Positions 24,630 through 38,313 of a DNA stretch of 64,000 nt are shown here, piece after piece (position 1 is the stretch's first letter; every line of letters starts with the position of its first letter). Position numbers and translations under genes: made by a program. Origin of the DNA: Guillardia theta CCMP2712 (lineage: Eukaryota > Protista > Cryptophyta); contig NW_005434561.1 of the NCBI RefSeq assembly GCF_000315625.1, positions 62,001 to 126,000 of the forward strand. Direction: 5' to 3'. Below the pieces are notes generated by a model. The model worked only from the letters and a program-made list of their open reading frames with translations, did not search any database and had not been told where the DNA came from.

Positions 24630-27300
24630 ATGGGGGACATCAAGATCCTTCCTATTCTTTCAGCGACGCTCCTCGTTGCTTGCTTGTTGCAGGCATGCTT
24701 TATGACGGGTCAGTCTTGTTGCTGGGCTTTGCACTCCATTTGACATTCCATTACAGGCGTTCACTGCGACGGAACTCCTGCCGCCTCGGCTACCGCCGAT
24801 GGGGACCTCGGAACCGACAAGGCTGCCTCGACGCTCAGCTATGACGGCTTCAGCGCGGAGGAGAAGAAGGCCCTCGAGCAGGGTGGACAAAAACAAGAGT
24901 TCCAGGCCGAAGTCGGTCGTCTCATGGACATCATCATCAACTCGCTCTACTCCAAGAAGGAGATCTTCTTGCGTGAGCTCATCTCCAACGCTTCCGATGC
25001 CCTGGACAAGATCCGCTTCCTCTCGCTCACCGACCCCAAGGTTCTTGGAGAGGGTGATCAGTCGAAGTTGGAGATCCGTATCGAAGCTGACAAGGAAGCT
25101 GGAACCATCAGCATCAGCGACACTGGTATCGGCATGACCCGCGAAGACCTCATGAACAACCTTGGAACTATCGCCAAGTCCGGAACCTCCTCCTTCTTGG
25201 AGAAGATGGCCAAGGAGGGCGACATGAATCTCATCGGTCAGTTCGGCGTTGGTTTCTACTCCGTGTACCTCGTCGCTGATTCAGTGACCGTCGTCACTAA
25301 GCACAACGACGATGACCAGCACGTGTGGGTCTCCCAGGCGGACGCTTCCTTCACTGTTGCCAAGGATCCCCGCGGAAACACTCTTGGCCGCGGAACCAAG
25401 ATCACCATGAAGGTGAAGGAGGACGCTACTGAGTTCCTCGAGGAGGACCAGCTCCGTACCCTCATCAAGCGCTACTCTGAGTTCATCAACTTCCCCATCT
25501 ACCTCCAGACTACCAAGACTGAGGAGGTGAATCTGCTGTGCTTGTGACTTGACGTCGTTCGCTGACTCAAGCATGCAGGTTGAGGTTCCTGATGAGGATG
25601 CCGAGAAGAAGGATGAGGAGAAGAAGGACGAGGAGAAGAAGGAGGAGAAGAAGGATGAGGACGTAAGTTGAATTTGCCTGCAGCCAACAACCAGTGCTAA
25701 TCTTTGACGACAGGATGTTGACGTCTCTGATGTTGAGGAGGAGGATGAGTCCAAGGAGGACAAGGACAAGCCCAAGACCAAGAAGGTCAAGAAGACCAGT
25801 AAGGAGTGGGAGCTTGTCAACGACACCAAGGCCATCTGGGTTCGCTCCCCCAGTGACGTGAAGGATGATGAGTACAACAACTTCTTCAAGTCTCTCACCA
25901 AGGAGTTCGACGATCCTCTCGACAAGATCCACTTCACTGCGGAGGGAGAGATCCAGTTCCGCTCCATCCTCTTCATCCCCAAGAAGGCTCCTTCGGACCT
26001 CTTCGACAAGCTGCAGACCAAGCAGAACAACCTTCGTCTCTACGTTCGCCGCGTCTTCATCTCCGACGAGTTCGACGATCTCATGCCAAGATACCTCAGC
26101 TTCATCCGTGGTGTTGTTGACAGTGAGGACTTGCCCCTCAACGTGTCCCGTGAGATGCTCCAGCAGTCTCGTGTCCTCAAGGTTATCAAGAAGAAGCTTG
26201 TCAGCAAGGCTCTCGACATGATGAAGAAGCTCTCTGAGGCTGAGGAGAACGCCATCGAGGCTGAGGAGGAGGAGGACAAGGAGGAGGAGGACAAGGCTAA
26301 GGCCGAGGCCGCTGGCAAGGAGGAGAAGAAGGAGGAGGACAAGGAGGAGGAGGAAGAGGAGGGAGAGAGTGAGGACGGCGAGGAGGCCATCAAGAAGTAC
26401 AAGGACTTCCACGAGTCCTTCGGCAAGGCCATCAAGCTCGGCATCATCGAGGACACCAAGAACAGAAAGAAGCTCGCCAAGCTCCTCCGCTTCGAGTCCA
26501 CCCGCACCAAGGACGGAGAGACCGTCTCCCTCTCCCGTTATGTGAAGAGGATGAAGGAGGGACAGAAGCACATCTACTACATTGCTGGCGACAGCAAGAA
26601 GGACCTTGAGGCCTCTCCCTTCCTTGAGAAGCTCAAGAAGCGCGGCTACGAGGTCATCTTCATGACCGACCCCATCGACGAGTACGCCGTTCAGCACATG
26701 GACGAGTACGAGGACCACAAGCTCATGAACGCAGCCAAGGAGGACCTTAAGTTCGGAGACAAGGAGGAGAAGAAGGAGAAGAAGAGGAGGGAGAAGGCCA
26801 AGGAGAACCTCAAGGACCTCATCGAGTGGTACAAGAAGCTCCTCGGTGACAAGGTGGAGAAGCTCGTCATCTCCAACCGCCTCACCACCTCCCCCATGGC
26901 CGTTGTCACTGGAACCTACGGCTACACCGCTAACATGGAGCGCTTGATGAAGGCCCAGGCCCTCAACGATCCCTCCAGGTACAGCTTCATGGCCTCCAAG
27001 AAGACTGTGGAGATCAACCCCTACCACCCTGTAATCATCGAGCTCAACAAGAAAGCCAAGGACTCCCCTGAGGACGATGAGACCAAGGACCTCGCCAACG
27101 TGCTCTACGACAGCGCTCTCATCACTGCCGGATTCGACATCGACGACTCGAGCGCCTTCCAGAGCAGGATGCTCAAGATGCTCAAGGCTGGCCTCAAGAT
27201 CGACGAGGATGCCAAGGTCGAGGAGGAGCCCGAGGACGACGGAGAGGAGGAGGAGGAGGAGAAGAAGGAGGATTCTGAGGAGAAGAAGGAGGAGCTATAA
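24630..27300 (+). CDS. HSP90B1: Endoplasmin / GRP94 (ER Hsp90), 3 introns
   Basis: Signal peptide [21 protein letters not shown], intron 24709-24756, [45 protein letters not shown]-terminal KEEL. Confidence 0.97.
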
Positions 27301-27634
27301 GCGGTGAAAGAATGTTAGATTGATTAAAACCAAGTAACGAATCTGACTCTCATTCGATTCTTCCTTTCATCTCAACCATCGCTGGTCAATCATGGGGATT
27401 CGTTCAACAGTGTTGTCTCTACCTGCCGATAACCTGAAAGACTACCTTATCCTGATGCCACGCACTCAAAAGAGTGAGCATTCCTGCTCCGTCTGCCCCG
27501 CATTTTCCACATCACAGGGATACCAGACGAGATACGGCTGGAGACGACATGGCTTGCAAGTACTTACTGCATGATTCATTCAATCCTATCTTTACATCAT
27601 AGTACACAAAATGCTCTCACACGTGCTCTTTCAT

Positions 27635-28336
27635 TCACTCGAGCTTGTGATCGTTGACCAGCGACACGGCAGGTGAGGCGGGGGACGATGACAGCGGCGA
27701 CTCCTGCTTCGCCCCATTGGCTTCCCCGTCACTCCCCCAGTAGTCTGACTCTGGTGTCTGCGATGAGTTTGAGACCTTGGCCTCGTCCGCACACTTGTCC
27801 GCACACCCGCTCTTCACGCAGCGCCAGCATGGTCGAGTGTCTCCACACTTGGACTTGAGCTTCCTGCAACGGTCGCATGCCTGCGAAACATTGTGGCGCA
27901 TCTTCCAGTAGAGCCCAGCATTCTTGCCTAGCGCGGCGAGCTGCGCCTCCCACTCAGCTCCCTTGTGACAGTCTCTACAGCCTGTCATCCTCCCAGCGCA
28001 GCTGGAGCAGGGCCTCTGATCGTCGCACTTGAGCTTCCTCCTTCGGCAGAACTCGCAAGCACGTTCCACTCTCCTCCTCTTGGTCTGCAAGCCTGTCTCC
28101 ATGGGGAGGATCTCGCTCAACTTCAGCTCTTGCGTGTCCAGCGATTGTGTGACCGTCTCTTGGGCATCATGGACGTTCTTTCTCCGGAGGGACTCAGCAC
28201 GCAAGAGAAACCAAGAGTCTTCGTCGAGAAGGCCCCCAGATATGGCTGAGGCGTCAAGCATTTCGTCTAGGCCTGATGCAAGCAGCGTGACGTCGTCCGT
28301 CTTCTTCTTCGTTGTGTGATCATTTTCTTCGACCAT
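27635..28336 (-). CDS. Transcription factor with two Zn2Cys6 clusters, copy 2 (likely parental)
   Basis: Same protein as copy 1 except LPME vs LPTE and EANG vs EFDR. Confidence 0.88.
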   Translation of the reverse strand: MVEENDHTTKKKTDDVTLLASGLDEMLDASAISGGLLDEDSWFLLRAESLRRKNVHDAQETVTQSLDTQELKLSEILPMETGLQTKRRRVERACEFCRRRKLKCDDQRPCSSCAGRMTGCRDCHKGAEWEAQLAALGKNAGLYWKMRHNVSQACDRCRKLKSKCGDTRPCWRCVKSGCADKCADEAKVSNSSQTPESDYWGSDGEANGAKQESPLSSSPASPAVSLVNDHKLE

Positions 28337-29564
28337 CCTGATGGGCAAACCTTGGCACGTCACAGCGCCGAAAGATCACTCTGGTTACCGAGCACGAAAA
28401 ATCGTAGAGGGAAGGGGAGGAAGGGGAACGGGGTGAACGAAAGATTCTAGCAAGGGATCAGAGAGTGTCGAAAGGTGATGGACAAGAGGAGCGGAGGATT
28501 GACCGAACAAAGACGGGCTGGGATGAGGATGCACTGGATTCGAGGCTGTGCAGAGATTGATTGCGAGCAGGGGGAAAGGGCGGGGAAGGCAATTCAAGGG
28601 GAAAGGGATATGGGGGACTAGATGGTACGGGGTCCAGTACTGTGAGAAACAAGGTAGGGGTCTGTCAGCAGATACGCCCCCTCCTGGGCGAAAATACAAT
28701 GGATGAGGATATCATGTCAGCATTAACGTAAGCTTCATTCAAACGATGTTATTTAACCTTCTTTCGGATGATGATGACAAATATGACTGGAGTAAAAAAC
28801 CCTGACCGTGACAAAAGGATCGCATTGAACCCCCATGTCCTCACCAAAAACACTGGGTCCATATGATATCGGTTTGGATTGACCAAGGGTATTTGTATAA
28901 AATAACAAAAAACTTCTTGTTCACTTATCAACCCTATGATTTACACCACTGGTGGCCTTAAACTCAGACCCATAATTATCTTTGTACCAAGATGGATTAA
29001 AATAAGTCCATCAGCAACTGTCATCACTGACCCCTCATGTCATAAGGTCTCAACCTTCGTGGGTAGTCCAACGAACCTCAACAGAACGGGTACTGTCGTA
29101 TCAGTCTTCCAGGGGTAGTAGCTTCTTCATTCGGGGGTGGGGTTATCCTTCTCTAAAGGACCCCCCGTGGTCATGTTGAAGGTTGCTGATGTCATCCTCG
29201 ATTTACCCCTAAAAGGGTGGGAGGGAGGGTATCGGTCCAAGGTGATCGATTTCTTATCTGAGTCCCTAGTGTATCAGAGCGATGCCCCATACACACTCCA
29301 GCATCCTCAAAAGACTTCTTTTCCGGTTTTGCGGCTTTACTAGGCTTTTCTTTAAAAGACATGGTTTGGTGTCACTGTGCTGACATCGTTTCGTACGAGA
29401 GTCAAACAAAGTTGCAGAGTTGAGCTGAAATAGCAGGAAAGCAGCTAAAAGCAGCACGATAGAGTTCGATTTAAGTGAGATATAGGTAAATTAAGATGGA
29501 ACTGACTAAAATCTTAAGGGGGGAATGAATGACTGCATCACATGGCCTGAAATCTCAAAATTCA

Positions 29565-29646
29565 CTTTACTCACAGCCTCATGTGTGACTCTCTACTGAT
29601 CTCCAGATTGTCCTCGTACTGATCTTTAACTTAACTTTGAGTAAAG
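29565..29646. repeat. Diverged copy of the 78-bp MITE-like repeat
   Basis: gattgtcctcgtactgatctttaacttaactttgagtaaag matches 1769-1808 with one substitution/insertion. Confidence 0.85.
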
Positions 29647-29903
29647 CCTTGAGCCCTCAGTGACAAGCTTCCGACTAAGTAAACTGCAGTGGCGGACTCC
29701 GGCGGCCCCCGACCGTATCCGGACCGGGCCGGCTGCTGACCGTCTCAGAACCGGGTAACGTGGCCCGTGGCCGGGCCGCATATGATACGCCGGGCCCGGG
29801 TCCGGGGGCCTAGTGGCACTCAGTATAGCCCGTCGGTGACTCGGCGGTGGTTCAGTGTCAAGTTTGGTAACTTATTAGTAAAGTGACGGTGATCACGGTT
29901 AAC

Positions 29904-32341
29904 CCATTCCATGGCATTTCAAAGTTTTCTAATGCTCGCTTTTGATCATTTTCGAGCGGGGTACCTCAGCCCAGGATTTTTGAATGGTCGGCGCGCTGAA
30001 AATTTGTACCAGAAACTTCGATAATGGTTGAAAGTATGTTTGAATCGGGGACCGTGTCGAGCAGTTTTAGGTTTACAAGTATTCTTGCTTCCTCCAAACA
30101 ACAAGGTTTCAAACATTAAAACTATTTTTGACCTTACACGCTTTTACACGCCTGGGGGGTGCATATACAACCAAATCGCCTGCCCTACCCTTCCCCCATT
30201 GCTGCATCCGCACCCGCCGGCGCAGGCGGCGTTTGTTTGAATCCCAGATGGCTCTCAGCCAATGGCTCTTTCATCGTATTCAAGCTCCAGGCCATCCAAG
30301 GTTGGATCATGTGTGAATGTTTGTACTTTTTGCGACATACTGCAAGACGACGTTTCAAACAGCTCGAGCTTGTTTTTCAAAGGAAGCTGTAGGAATCAGC
30401 ATCGCCATGGATTCCAGAGCCTAGGGCTGTTTTCGAATCCTTTTGATGCTCATTGCAAGATGGAGAATTGCTCGTTTTTGGTGATCAAGCATCCACAACC
30501 CTCTTTCGTATGATTGAGCTTCGAGCACATCTCTGACTGTAGAGTTGTTTGGTGTCAAGATTGTTCTCGTAAAGGATCTCTCTGATTAGGCAATTGATTG
30601 TTGTTTTGGTTGGCATTCTACAAGACCCATACTTCCTCCTCTCTGTGTCAACCAAGCACATAAGCATAAGGCATGTCAGTCGTGTAGGCAACTTGATTGC
30701 AAATAGATCGCAAGTGTAAGATCGATGAACTATTCAACGCCATGAATGCCGGATGTGAATGAACTTCCCTCAGGACTTCTCAGTATCAGAACCAGCGAGC
30801 TAAGACATAAGGTAGAGTCTCCATTGAATATCATTCCTGCGAATGTAATGTTTTTATCAGTTGTGGGGAAGAGAAGCATGGAGACAAGCGGGTGCCCAAG
30901 CGAATAGGAACATCTTGCGGATGTAGGTTTGGACAAAGACGGCGATGATTCCGAGGTTGTGAAACAGGCAGCGAAAAGATGCTGAGGTTTTCGGAGTTCA
31001 TAAACATGGCTTGTGACGAGCATGTCACACGTAAAGCGATGGAAAACAACAAACAAAAATTGTAAAGCAATCGAAAGCAACGAAAATCAATGGAAAACAA
31101 CAAACAAAAATTCTTCTCAAAGGTCTCACTCCTTGACTTCAACCACTGATTGAACATCTTTTTGACCTCGGTCATATCTCGACAAATCCGATTGTACTCC
31201 GCCGCTGAACAGAAAGTTGTTTGCGCCATCGTTTCAACGAGTGGTGCCGGGTTTGCAATCGAGAAGTGAGAGATTTCACAATATTTATTATTTTCGATGT
31301 CGTCTTCATGAAAAAATATATACCCATGCACTCTGAAATTATCGTGGAGATCATCGTTGGCATGCTCCAACATGCAAGGAAAGCTGAAGAAACACATTTT
31401 TGGTATAGCATTTATTTCATCCGTATCCTTGTAAATTGATTGATAACAATCACGGTTTCCAACTTTGTTCAAAATTCTTTTCAGGGCCACACAGGGCACT
31501 CGATTAGTTATAATGGTTTCGTCTACATGTTCCAAGAGGACTCCATTGTACATGATGTACACTTCGACAACCTGTGCATCTGAGTGCAGCGATTTGATCA
31601 TGCCCAGTCGATTCACTTCAACGCCCCTGTGATCTTCACACTGATATTGAACCCCTGTGCCAGGCTCAAGTATGATATTCAAATTACTGCCTGGCTTTTT
31701 CCAGTACATCCTGGGCAAGTCTCGATCATCAACTGACGTATGCAGGATCATTCGAAGCTTCAAATCTTCAGGTGTCTTTGACTCATCACAAGTCTCTTCC
31801 TGCTCCAAGAATGTATCGAAATCTTCCTGCCTTCGCCTTCTCTGAATTCCATTTGTTGCTGATACACGACGGTGAAGATTCATTTGTTTGGTGTCTATAA
31901 CTGGAGCGCAAGGGAAAGGGAAGCAACGGGGAGGGAGGGGAGCAGGGGGGAGGGAGGGAGCAGGGAGGAAGTGAGGGGAGCAGGGGGGGAGGGAGGGAGG
32001 GAGAAGAGCATGGAAGGAGGAGGGGAGGGATACTTGCAATGGAGATCTCAGGATTTTTAATGAAAATTATTTGCTCTTTGATCGGGGGCAAAGGGACCTG
32101 TGTATAACCCTACCCCCTCCATATCAGATAAACATACCGGTACACAGGGTAGAGAGCAGCTAAGAGGCGTGTAAGCCGGAACTCAAATGCTTAAAACGAA
32201 TATAAAAGAGTACTGAGTGGTACAAATCATTCTGGTACAAAATTGACTAAAACTGTATGCTTATGATCAAATTAACAGGTACAAGTGTTTGTTAAAAGGA
32301 TATTAATTTATAATTGGGCATTAGTAAATGCCATGGAATGG
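29904..32341. mobile_element. 2.4-kb TIR-bounded putative non-autonomous DNA transposon
   Basis: 16-bp perfect TIR ccattccatggcattt (29904-29919) / aaatgccatggaatgg (32326-32341); subterminal tttgtaccaga (~30003) / tctggtacaaa (~32231); AT-rich interior; no TSD seen. Confidence 0.72.
30831..31883 (-). CDS. Hypothetical intronless protein with BAH-like segment; 3' part probably decayed
   Basis: ORF from MNLHRR; LEPGTGV...LGMIKSL...VEVYIM...ETIITNRVPCVALKRILNKV resembles the BAH pattern; overlapping broken ORFs continue to ~30300. Confidence 0.45.
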   Translation of the reverse strand: MNLHRRVSATNGIQRRRRQEDFDTFLEQEETCDESKTPEDLKLRMILHTSVDDRDLPRMYWKKPGSNLNIILEPGTGVQYQCEDHRGVEVNRLGMIKSLHSDAQVVEVYIMYNGVLLEHVDETIITNRVPCVALKRILNKVGNRDCYQSIYKDTDEINAIPKMCFFSFPCMLEHANDDLHDNFRVHGYIFFHEDDIENNKYCEISHFSIANPAPLVETMAQTTFCSAAEYNRICRDMTEVKKMFNQWLKSRSETFEKNFCLLFSIDFRCFRLLYNFCLLFSIALRVTCSSQAMFMNSENLSIFSLPVSQPRNHRRLCPNLHPQDVPIRLGTRLSPCFSSPQLIKTLHSQE

Positions 32342-32649
32342 TGCTCAGTGACTCCGGGACTCAGAGTCTGAGCCTCATCGCCGAACTCACGCCCGGCCGG
32401 ATTGCCAGGGTATCATGAACATTCAAGCCACGTTTAAGCCCAAGTTAGTGAGCAGAACAGAACTTAGCCCGGCATGCTGACTCGAACGGTCAGAACCTAG
32501 TCGGAACTTTCTCAAGCTAACTGAACTGTGACTTGATCTGGCCCGCGCGATGGCGGCGGCCTGCCACTCCTGGCCTTAGCTGACGATGAGCTCGAGCTGG
32601 CAGGTCAAGGCCCAATGATCGGTGATGTGTGTAACTGTTGCACATTTTG

Positions 32650-34600
32650 AGAGGAAAGGGGGACATGCCGCAGCTCACCTTCTGGGATCGGCCTCTGCCC
32701 CTCAGGGATTACGAGGCAGAGCTCCTTGACCTAGAGTAGGCTGAGTGAGGGCGGGAGAGAGGGACGTCCTCTACCTGCTGAGGTTTCATCCCGCGGCACA
32801 GAATCGCGTCGTCACAGACGCTTCGCAGCATCTGCGAGGAAATGTGAGGGAGGAGAGCCTTGCGGAGAGCCCTTACCCCGCCCCCGTACGTCGTGATCCA
32901 CCTCTCAGCAGGGCTACCGTCCTCGCCCGTGTAGCCGAATGTTGGCCGCATGTGGTCCACCACCGGCTCAGCGCTCGCCTGCAGTGTCATGAGGCCCGTG
33001 GGAAGGAGAGCGCACAGAGGAAAGACGAGGGGGAGGAGGAATGGAAGAGGAAGTCGTCGATGATGGCAGAAGTCGGAGAGGATCTGTGAGGTTACTTTGG
33101 CTCGCTTTTCGCTCCTCAAGCTGGCATTGACCTGCACATCCTCAGGTTTGGAGACACCAGGCTGTCAGGATACCTCCACCAGGTCGCATCGCTCATGTAG
33201 GCGGCTCAACAAGTATCTGGCAGCCGAGGAGAGAATTGGCTGAGGAGGATTTGTAAGAGGAAGAGCCGGGGGCCGGGAGCAGCAGCTCATACCTGAGAGT
33301 GGAAGGAGCTGAATCTGATGTTGAGATTGAGATCGGCGGCCAGGATGAGAGGAGATGACGATGGCACTTGTCGTCCGATGAAGCGAACAAGCTCATCCGC
33401 TTGCGATCTTGCGAGAAGTGATCAGTGAAGTTGGGAGGATGGTAAGGACATTGGAGCACCTGCGGGCAAAGCGGATGGGCCAACTGGTAAGGGACGAGTA
33501 AGGACCTAGTGCTGCGGTCAGTCGTCAGCCTGACAGTCCTCATTCCCAACCGTTCGCTGAGGCGTCGGGAGCGACGTGGGCTGTCACGACATGAATGCCG
33601 TTCTCGAGTTCAGCATGCAGTGCTCCGCGATTGACGTTGAAGGACTCGACCGACGGCCTGCAAGAGGAGCGTGAGAAGTTGGTGAATCCTGGCAGAGAGC
33701 AAAACCCGAAGCAAAGGTCCTTCCATCTAACGATCTTGAACCTGAGAAGACAGGCTGTCATTTCGGGCCAGGCACCAGCTGAGGAGAGCTGAGAGAAGGG
33801 GAGAGCGGAGCTTACCTGGATAAGATAACAAGTCCCGAGTTGATGGACAGGGTACCAGGAAAACGAGCTATCGCAGGAGGACACGCGGCATGGAGAAAGC
33901 CCAACCTCTTGGCACCTTCGATCAATCTCTTTCTGTTGGTTTCAACACATCATCACGACCATCGGTCGGCCTTGAAGTCTCAAGTCAAACCTGTATCCCC
34001 CAGAGAGGAACAGAGTTTCGTAGCACTCTTGCACACAGATGACGTCGAGCTGGTCCTCATGCTTCTGTAGGAACGCGAGGAATGCATCAATCCGCTCACT
34101 TTTGTACTGTAAGCCAGGCGTCGCGTCAAGATGCGGGAAGCGAAGTGGCGCAGTCATACATCATTTTTTCTTGGGAATAAAAGGAAGCTGCCAAACCCTA
34201 TAAAGATTCGGACCAGGACGACTCCGAGAATGAATCTGGAAGAATTGAGACAAAGGAGGGGCAAGGGAAAAATACCCGGAAGGGACTAGCCAGAGAAGGA
34301 AGGAAAGCAAGGCAACAGCAGCGCTGGTGTAATATCCTCCGGCGAACAGCACAAAATGAAGACAGACGTTGAAGAGGAGAGTGGCGATGCAGAGCTACAT
34401 CAAAGTCAGCAACAACAAGACATGGAAAATGTCTTAACAGAGAAGTCAAACAGAGAAGGTTCATACATGTCTGGGGAAGTGACGGTTCCGAAGTCCACAA
34501 GGAAGGACGCACAGATTGACCGTCATCACAGTGACAGACTTTCTGGACGGCAAACCTCGCCTGCATCCCTCGGATCTCATTTTCCCAAAGGCTGGAATGC
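32650..34600 (-). CDS. Endonuclease/exonuclease/phosphatase (DNase I-like, sphingomyelinase-like) family protein, multi-exon; ends approximate
   Basis: LDVICVQECY, RGALHAEL, IHVVTAHVAP, ILLAADLN, RPTFG motifs across exons. Confidence 0.7.
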
Positions 34601-36362
34601 GACCTCAAGAACTAGTCTTCAGTGTAGAATGCTCTTTCCTGGCTCGCAGACTTGACCCATTCTGCAAATGACCCACTCTAAAATCAACCGTATATAGGAT
34701 TCACTGTAAAGAAGCTGTTGATATCAGGACAGGTATAAAAACAATAGAGATAAGAGGCAATCCTATTATGTTTGTCCAACGAGAGACTCTGATCCTTCGA
34801 TCACTGCTGCTCCTTCTGATCTTCTCCCACTGAACTACGAAATACCTCTTTTCTTCACTGGTTGTTTTCTTTCTATTCTTATGCTCTGTTTGAAATAATT
34901 ACCCACTCTTATTTGAGAATTTACCAGATCCCCTCCTTTGATTCCTTACACACTTCACCTTTTCTTCATGCCTCTCCCCCTTTTACTCCATAAGTGCCGC
35001 CTTCTCCGGTTCACCACGATGTAACCACTACCATCATCTCAGCTTCACTCATCTCCAGTCGCTTATCCTTGCTTTGATTCTTGGAAATCCTAAAAATCCC
35101 CTATAATGCTGTTATCGGTACCCCTGCATTTATTATCCATCCTTAATCTTTTCTCCACGCTCTTATCTCATATTCTCCCTGAGATCTTATCTCATCCTCT
35201 TTCTCCCCTTCTCTCCCCCTCCACTCTCCCCTTCTCCTCTCCTCTCCACCCTCCCCTCTCCTGCTTCCCTCCCTTCCCCTGTGTCCCTGCTCAAAATCAT
35301 TTCCGACTGGCTGGTTGGGAAAACATCCTTCAATGATAACCGGACCCCCTTCTCGGATGACCCCACATTCCCCCACATTTTCGCCTACTTGCTACGGGTA
35401 CTAATGCAGGTAATGCATCCAAATACCCCTTCCCTCACGAGCACTCGGTGGAAGTCACAGGTACCCGTGTTTCTGACTACCCTACCCGTCTTAATCACTC
35501 AAAACCACCCCCGTCTCAACCTCCTCCCCACACCCCCATACCAGGAGTACCCCCAGGGACTTGTGACATCCAACTCTGTTGTACACTTTCACACTACTGC
35601 TGCGGGGGAGCCATGATGAAAAAAAAAGATTTAAAAAAAAGATAAAAAGAAACTTGGAAACCAGTACGAGAGAGGGCAGAGGAGGAAGGTGAAGGTAGGC
35701 GCGGGAGAGGAGGAGAGGAGTGAGAGCTTGCTAGAAAATCATACGTTAGCACACGATGTCCCTGATATGAATGCAAAGTACGATGATACTGTTATCAGAG
35801 CTCTGCCAAGGTAAGCTCAAGCCTGTTGAGCAAGAGTGGGCAGCAAGAGAAGCGATGGTCGTCACTTACAACCACCAAGGCAGCAAGGGCTCTATCGGCT
35901 ACGGGACCTCTGGAGTAGATACAAACCCTGTTGGGCGACAGAGTGTACAAAGTACAGTGGTATGTCCTCTACTGGTAACACTGTAAGACTTTGAGGAGAA
36001 TATGCTTAGCCGAGGTCCTTAGCGTCGCAGTAAACCCCAGTAGAAGCGGATGGGTCTGGGTTGTGGCTGAGGTATCGACAAGACTACAAAGAGCGTGATG
36101 TCACATGCTTTTCATCCTCTAGAGCCTTTACTTCAAACGGGCTTGCTGCTTCTAGCTGATGCTGTGGTGTGCCCTCGGACTCTGTGTATGGAGCGAGCAC
36201 CAAGTTGTAACTGAGGCATGTCATGGCATGACCAATCGGCGAATCAATGCATCTTGGTTCGGCTGTTCCGGCTCGCTTTTATTGAGTATCCATTAACGAT
36301 GTAGCCTGTCTCACCGACGCTCTCCCGACAACCACCCTACAATGCCAGCTCCTGTCAAGAGC

Positions 36363-38313
36363 CTATGCTGACTTGAAGATCAGGTTGTAGTTTCCGCTCC
36401 ACTCAGTGCGTCGGTAGCTTCTGCGCCCGTCGCACAGAGCGGCCACGGGAGCAGCAGTAAGCGTGAAGATCACGACGACGCCGTCCAAAGTCGGAGAGAC
36501 TGATTGCAACGAGTAAACACGCGTCCCCCCTTGCCCTTCTCCTAGTACCTTGTCAAAGGATGCTGAGATCAAAGTCTTGCCGTCCCAACTGTCACATACA
36601 AGGCATGAGAAGGTTTAAGAAAACATTCAAGATATCAGAAGTGTGCAGAATCGCCATGGCTCCCTACCTGATGTCTAGATCTCGGACTGTTCCAGTGTGC
36701 CCCACCAGCTGGGCAACAACCTTCTGGCTAGTGACCTTCCAGCAGTACAGCTTCTGATCCTGCGAAGTCACATAGATGTACGCCCCCGAAGGATGCCAGC
36801 AAGCTCGCGTCTAGGAAAGAGCCTCACGTTCCACACGAGCCTCCAGTCTATTCACCTGACAGAGCTCGTCGTTTACAGCACCGTAGTACCATCGTAGCTG
36901 CGCGCTGGAGCCCACAGGGTACAAGACCAACCTCGACTTGCGGGGTGGGGTTAGAGCGCCAGAGAATAACTAGGGCAGAATGAGCATACCTTGTCAGTGG
37001 ACGCTAGCAAGTACTTCCCATCAGGTGAAGGGACAAGGTCCAACACCGTGAAGCTGACATGGTCGTCGCCTTGCTGGTTGAGATTGACCTGGCACCGTTT
37101 CAGATTATCCATCGGCACGACGAGAAGGGAGTCGTTCTCAACACCTTCATATCTTCCCCACTCTGCGTGTCTAGATAGTGCAGGTAGTTGTCTCCCCGGA
37201 TTGATATCACGAGGGTTGCAGAGTCTGAGAGGAAAGCAATGGCTTCCGGGATGTTGACAAACTCCTTGCTGCGGAACTTTTCGAAAATCGGAGCCTTAGG
37301 TGCTTCCAGCGCTTCCCCTGGTTCCCCTTCGACCACTTTATAGATATTCACGTGCTTATCGTGGCCGCAGGTTGCAAAGAGCTGGCCATCAGGGGACCAG
37401 GCTCCTCGGATAACGTATTTGTTGTGGTTTTTGAAGGTAGCCACTACCTCCCCTGTCTCTGCGTTGGAAATAGCTGCACTGTTGTAGGGTACGAAGGATC
37501 AAACGCCTGCTCAGCCACATTCACAAACATAGCACCTTCCATCCATCGCCGTGGAGAGCAGGAGATGAGGCGAGGTAGGGCAAAATGCAAGGGAGAGCAC
37601 AGGGGATTCATGCGCGACTATCGTTCGCAGCTGTGTATCGAGCATGTCACAAGAGGAAGCCTCTTGTATGCAGAGAATCATCAAGGTGTGTTCACCACTT
37701 TTCTTGTCTCGAAGTCAACGATCTGCCAGAGATTGTCAAGAAGCATCAAACGCAGCCATCTGCATACTTTCGTCGATCGGTCGGCTGAACCTGTAGCGAT
37801 GTACTCTCCATTCGGACTGATCTTCACAGCTGACCATCAAACAGATTCAGACATGGCTGGATTTGAGCAGGATGGATTGCAAAGACCAATGATGTTGGCT
37901 GAATGAACATTCCTCAACTCTGCAGCAAAAACAGACGGGAAGCTAACATCCTCGGGTAGGCTCAACAGGTCTTCCTCTGCGGCTCGTCGCTCTTCTGCCG
38001 CCCACAGGCCATGTGAGATGGTGAGAGGAGCACTCAAGCTGAGGGCGTCTGAGCGACTGACCTTCAAGAATGTCCACAGGTCGATCCTCAAGAGAGTTCT
38101 TCATCTCCACGAAGTCATACAAGATCGAGCACAGCTGCCCCCCCAACTCAGCTTCCTCTGCCTCAAAGCCGCTTTCCTGCTCCCGAAACCACGTCAGAGA
38201 ACCAACATCCGGTCAGAAGGAGGAGATGCCTCCTGTAGAGTCCTCAGAGTTCGCAAGTAACCCCTTTCTTGGAGCCACTGCTGTATGAGCGAGTTGATCT
38301 TCTCCTCATCCAT
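36363..38313 (-). CDS. LisH-like plus WD40-repeat protein, multi-exon
   Basis: MDEEKINSLIQQWLQERGYLRTL; HNKYVIRGAWSPDGQLFATCGHDKHVNIY; YIATGSADR; SASFDK. Confidence 0.85.

Noticed and set aside
25567-27027. 486-aa minus-strand ORF and similar antisense ORFs over HSP70, lipase and DBP7
   Set aside because: Shadow frames of codon-biased real genes on the opposite strand
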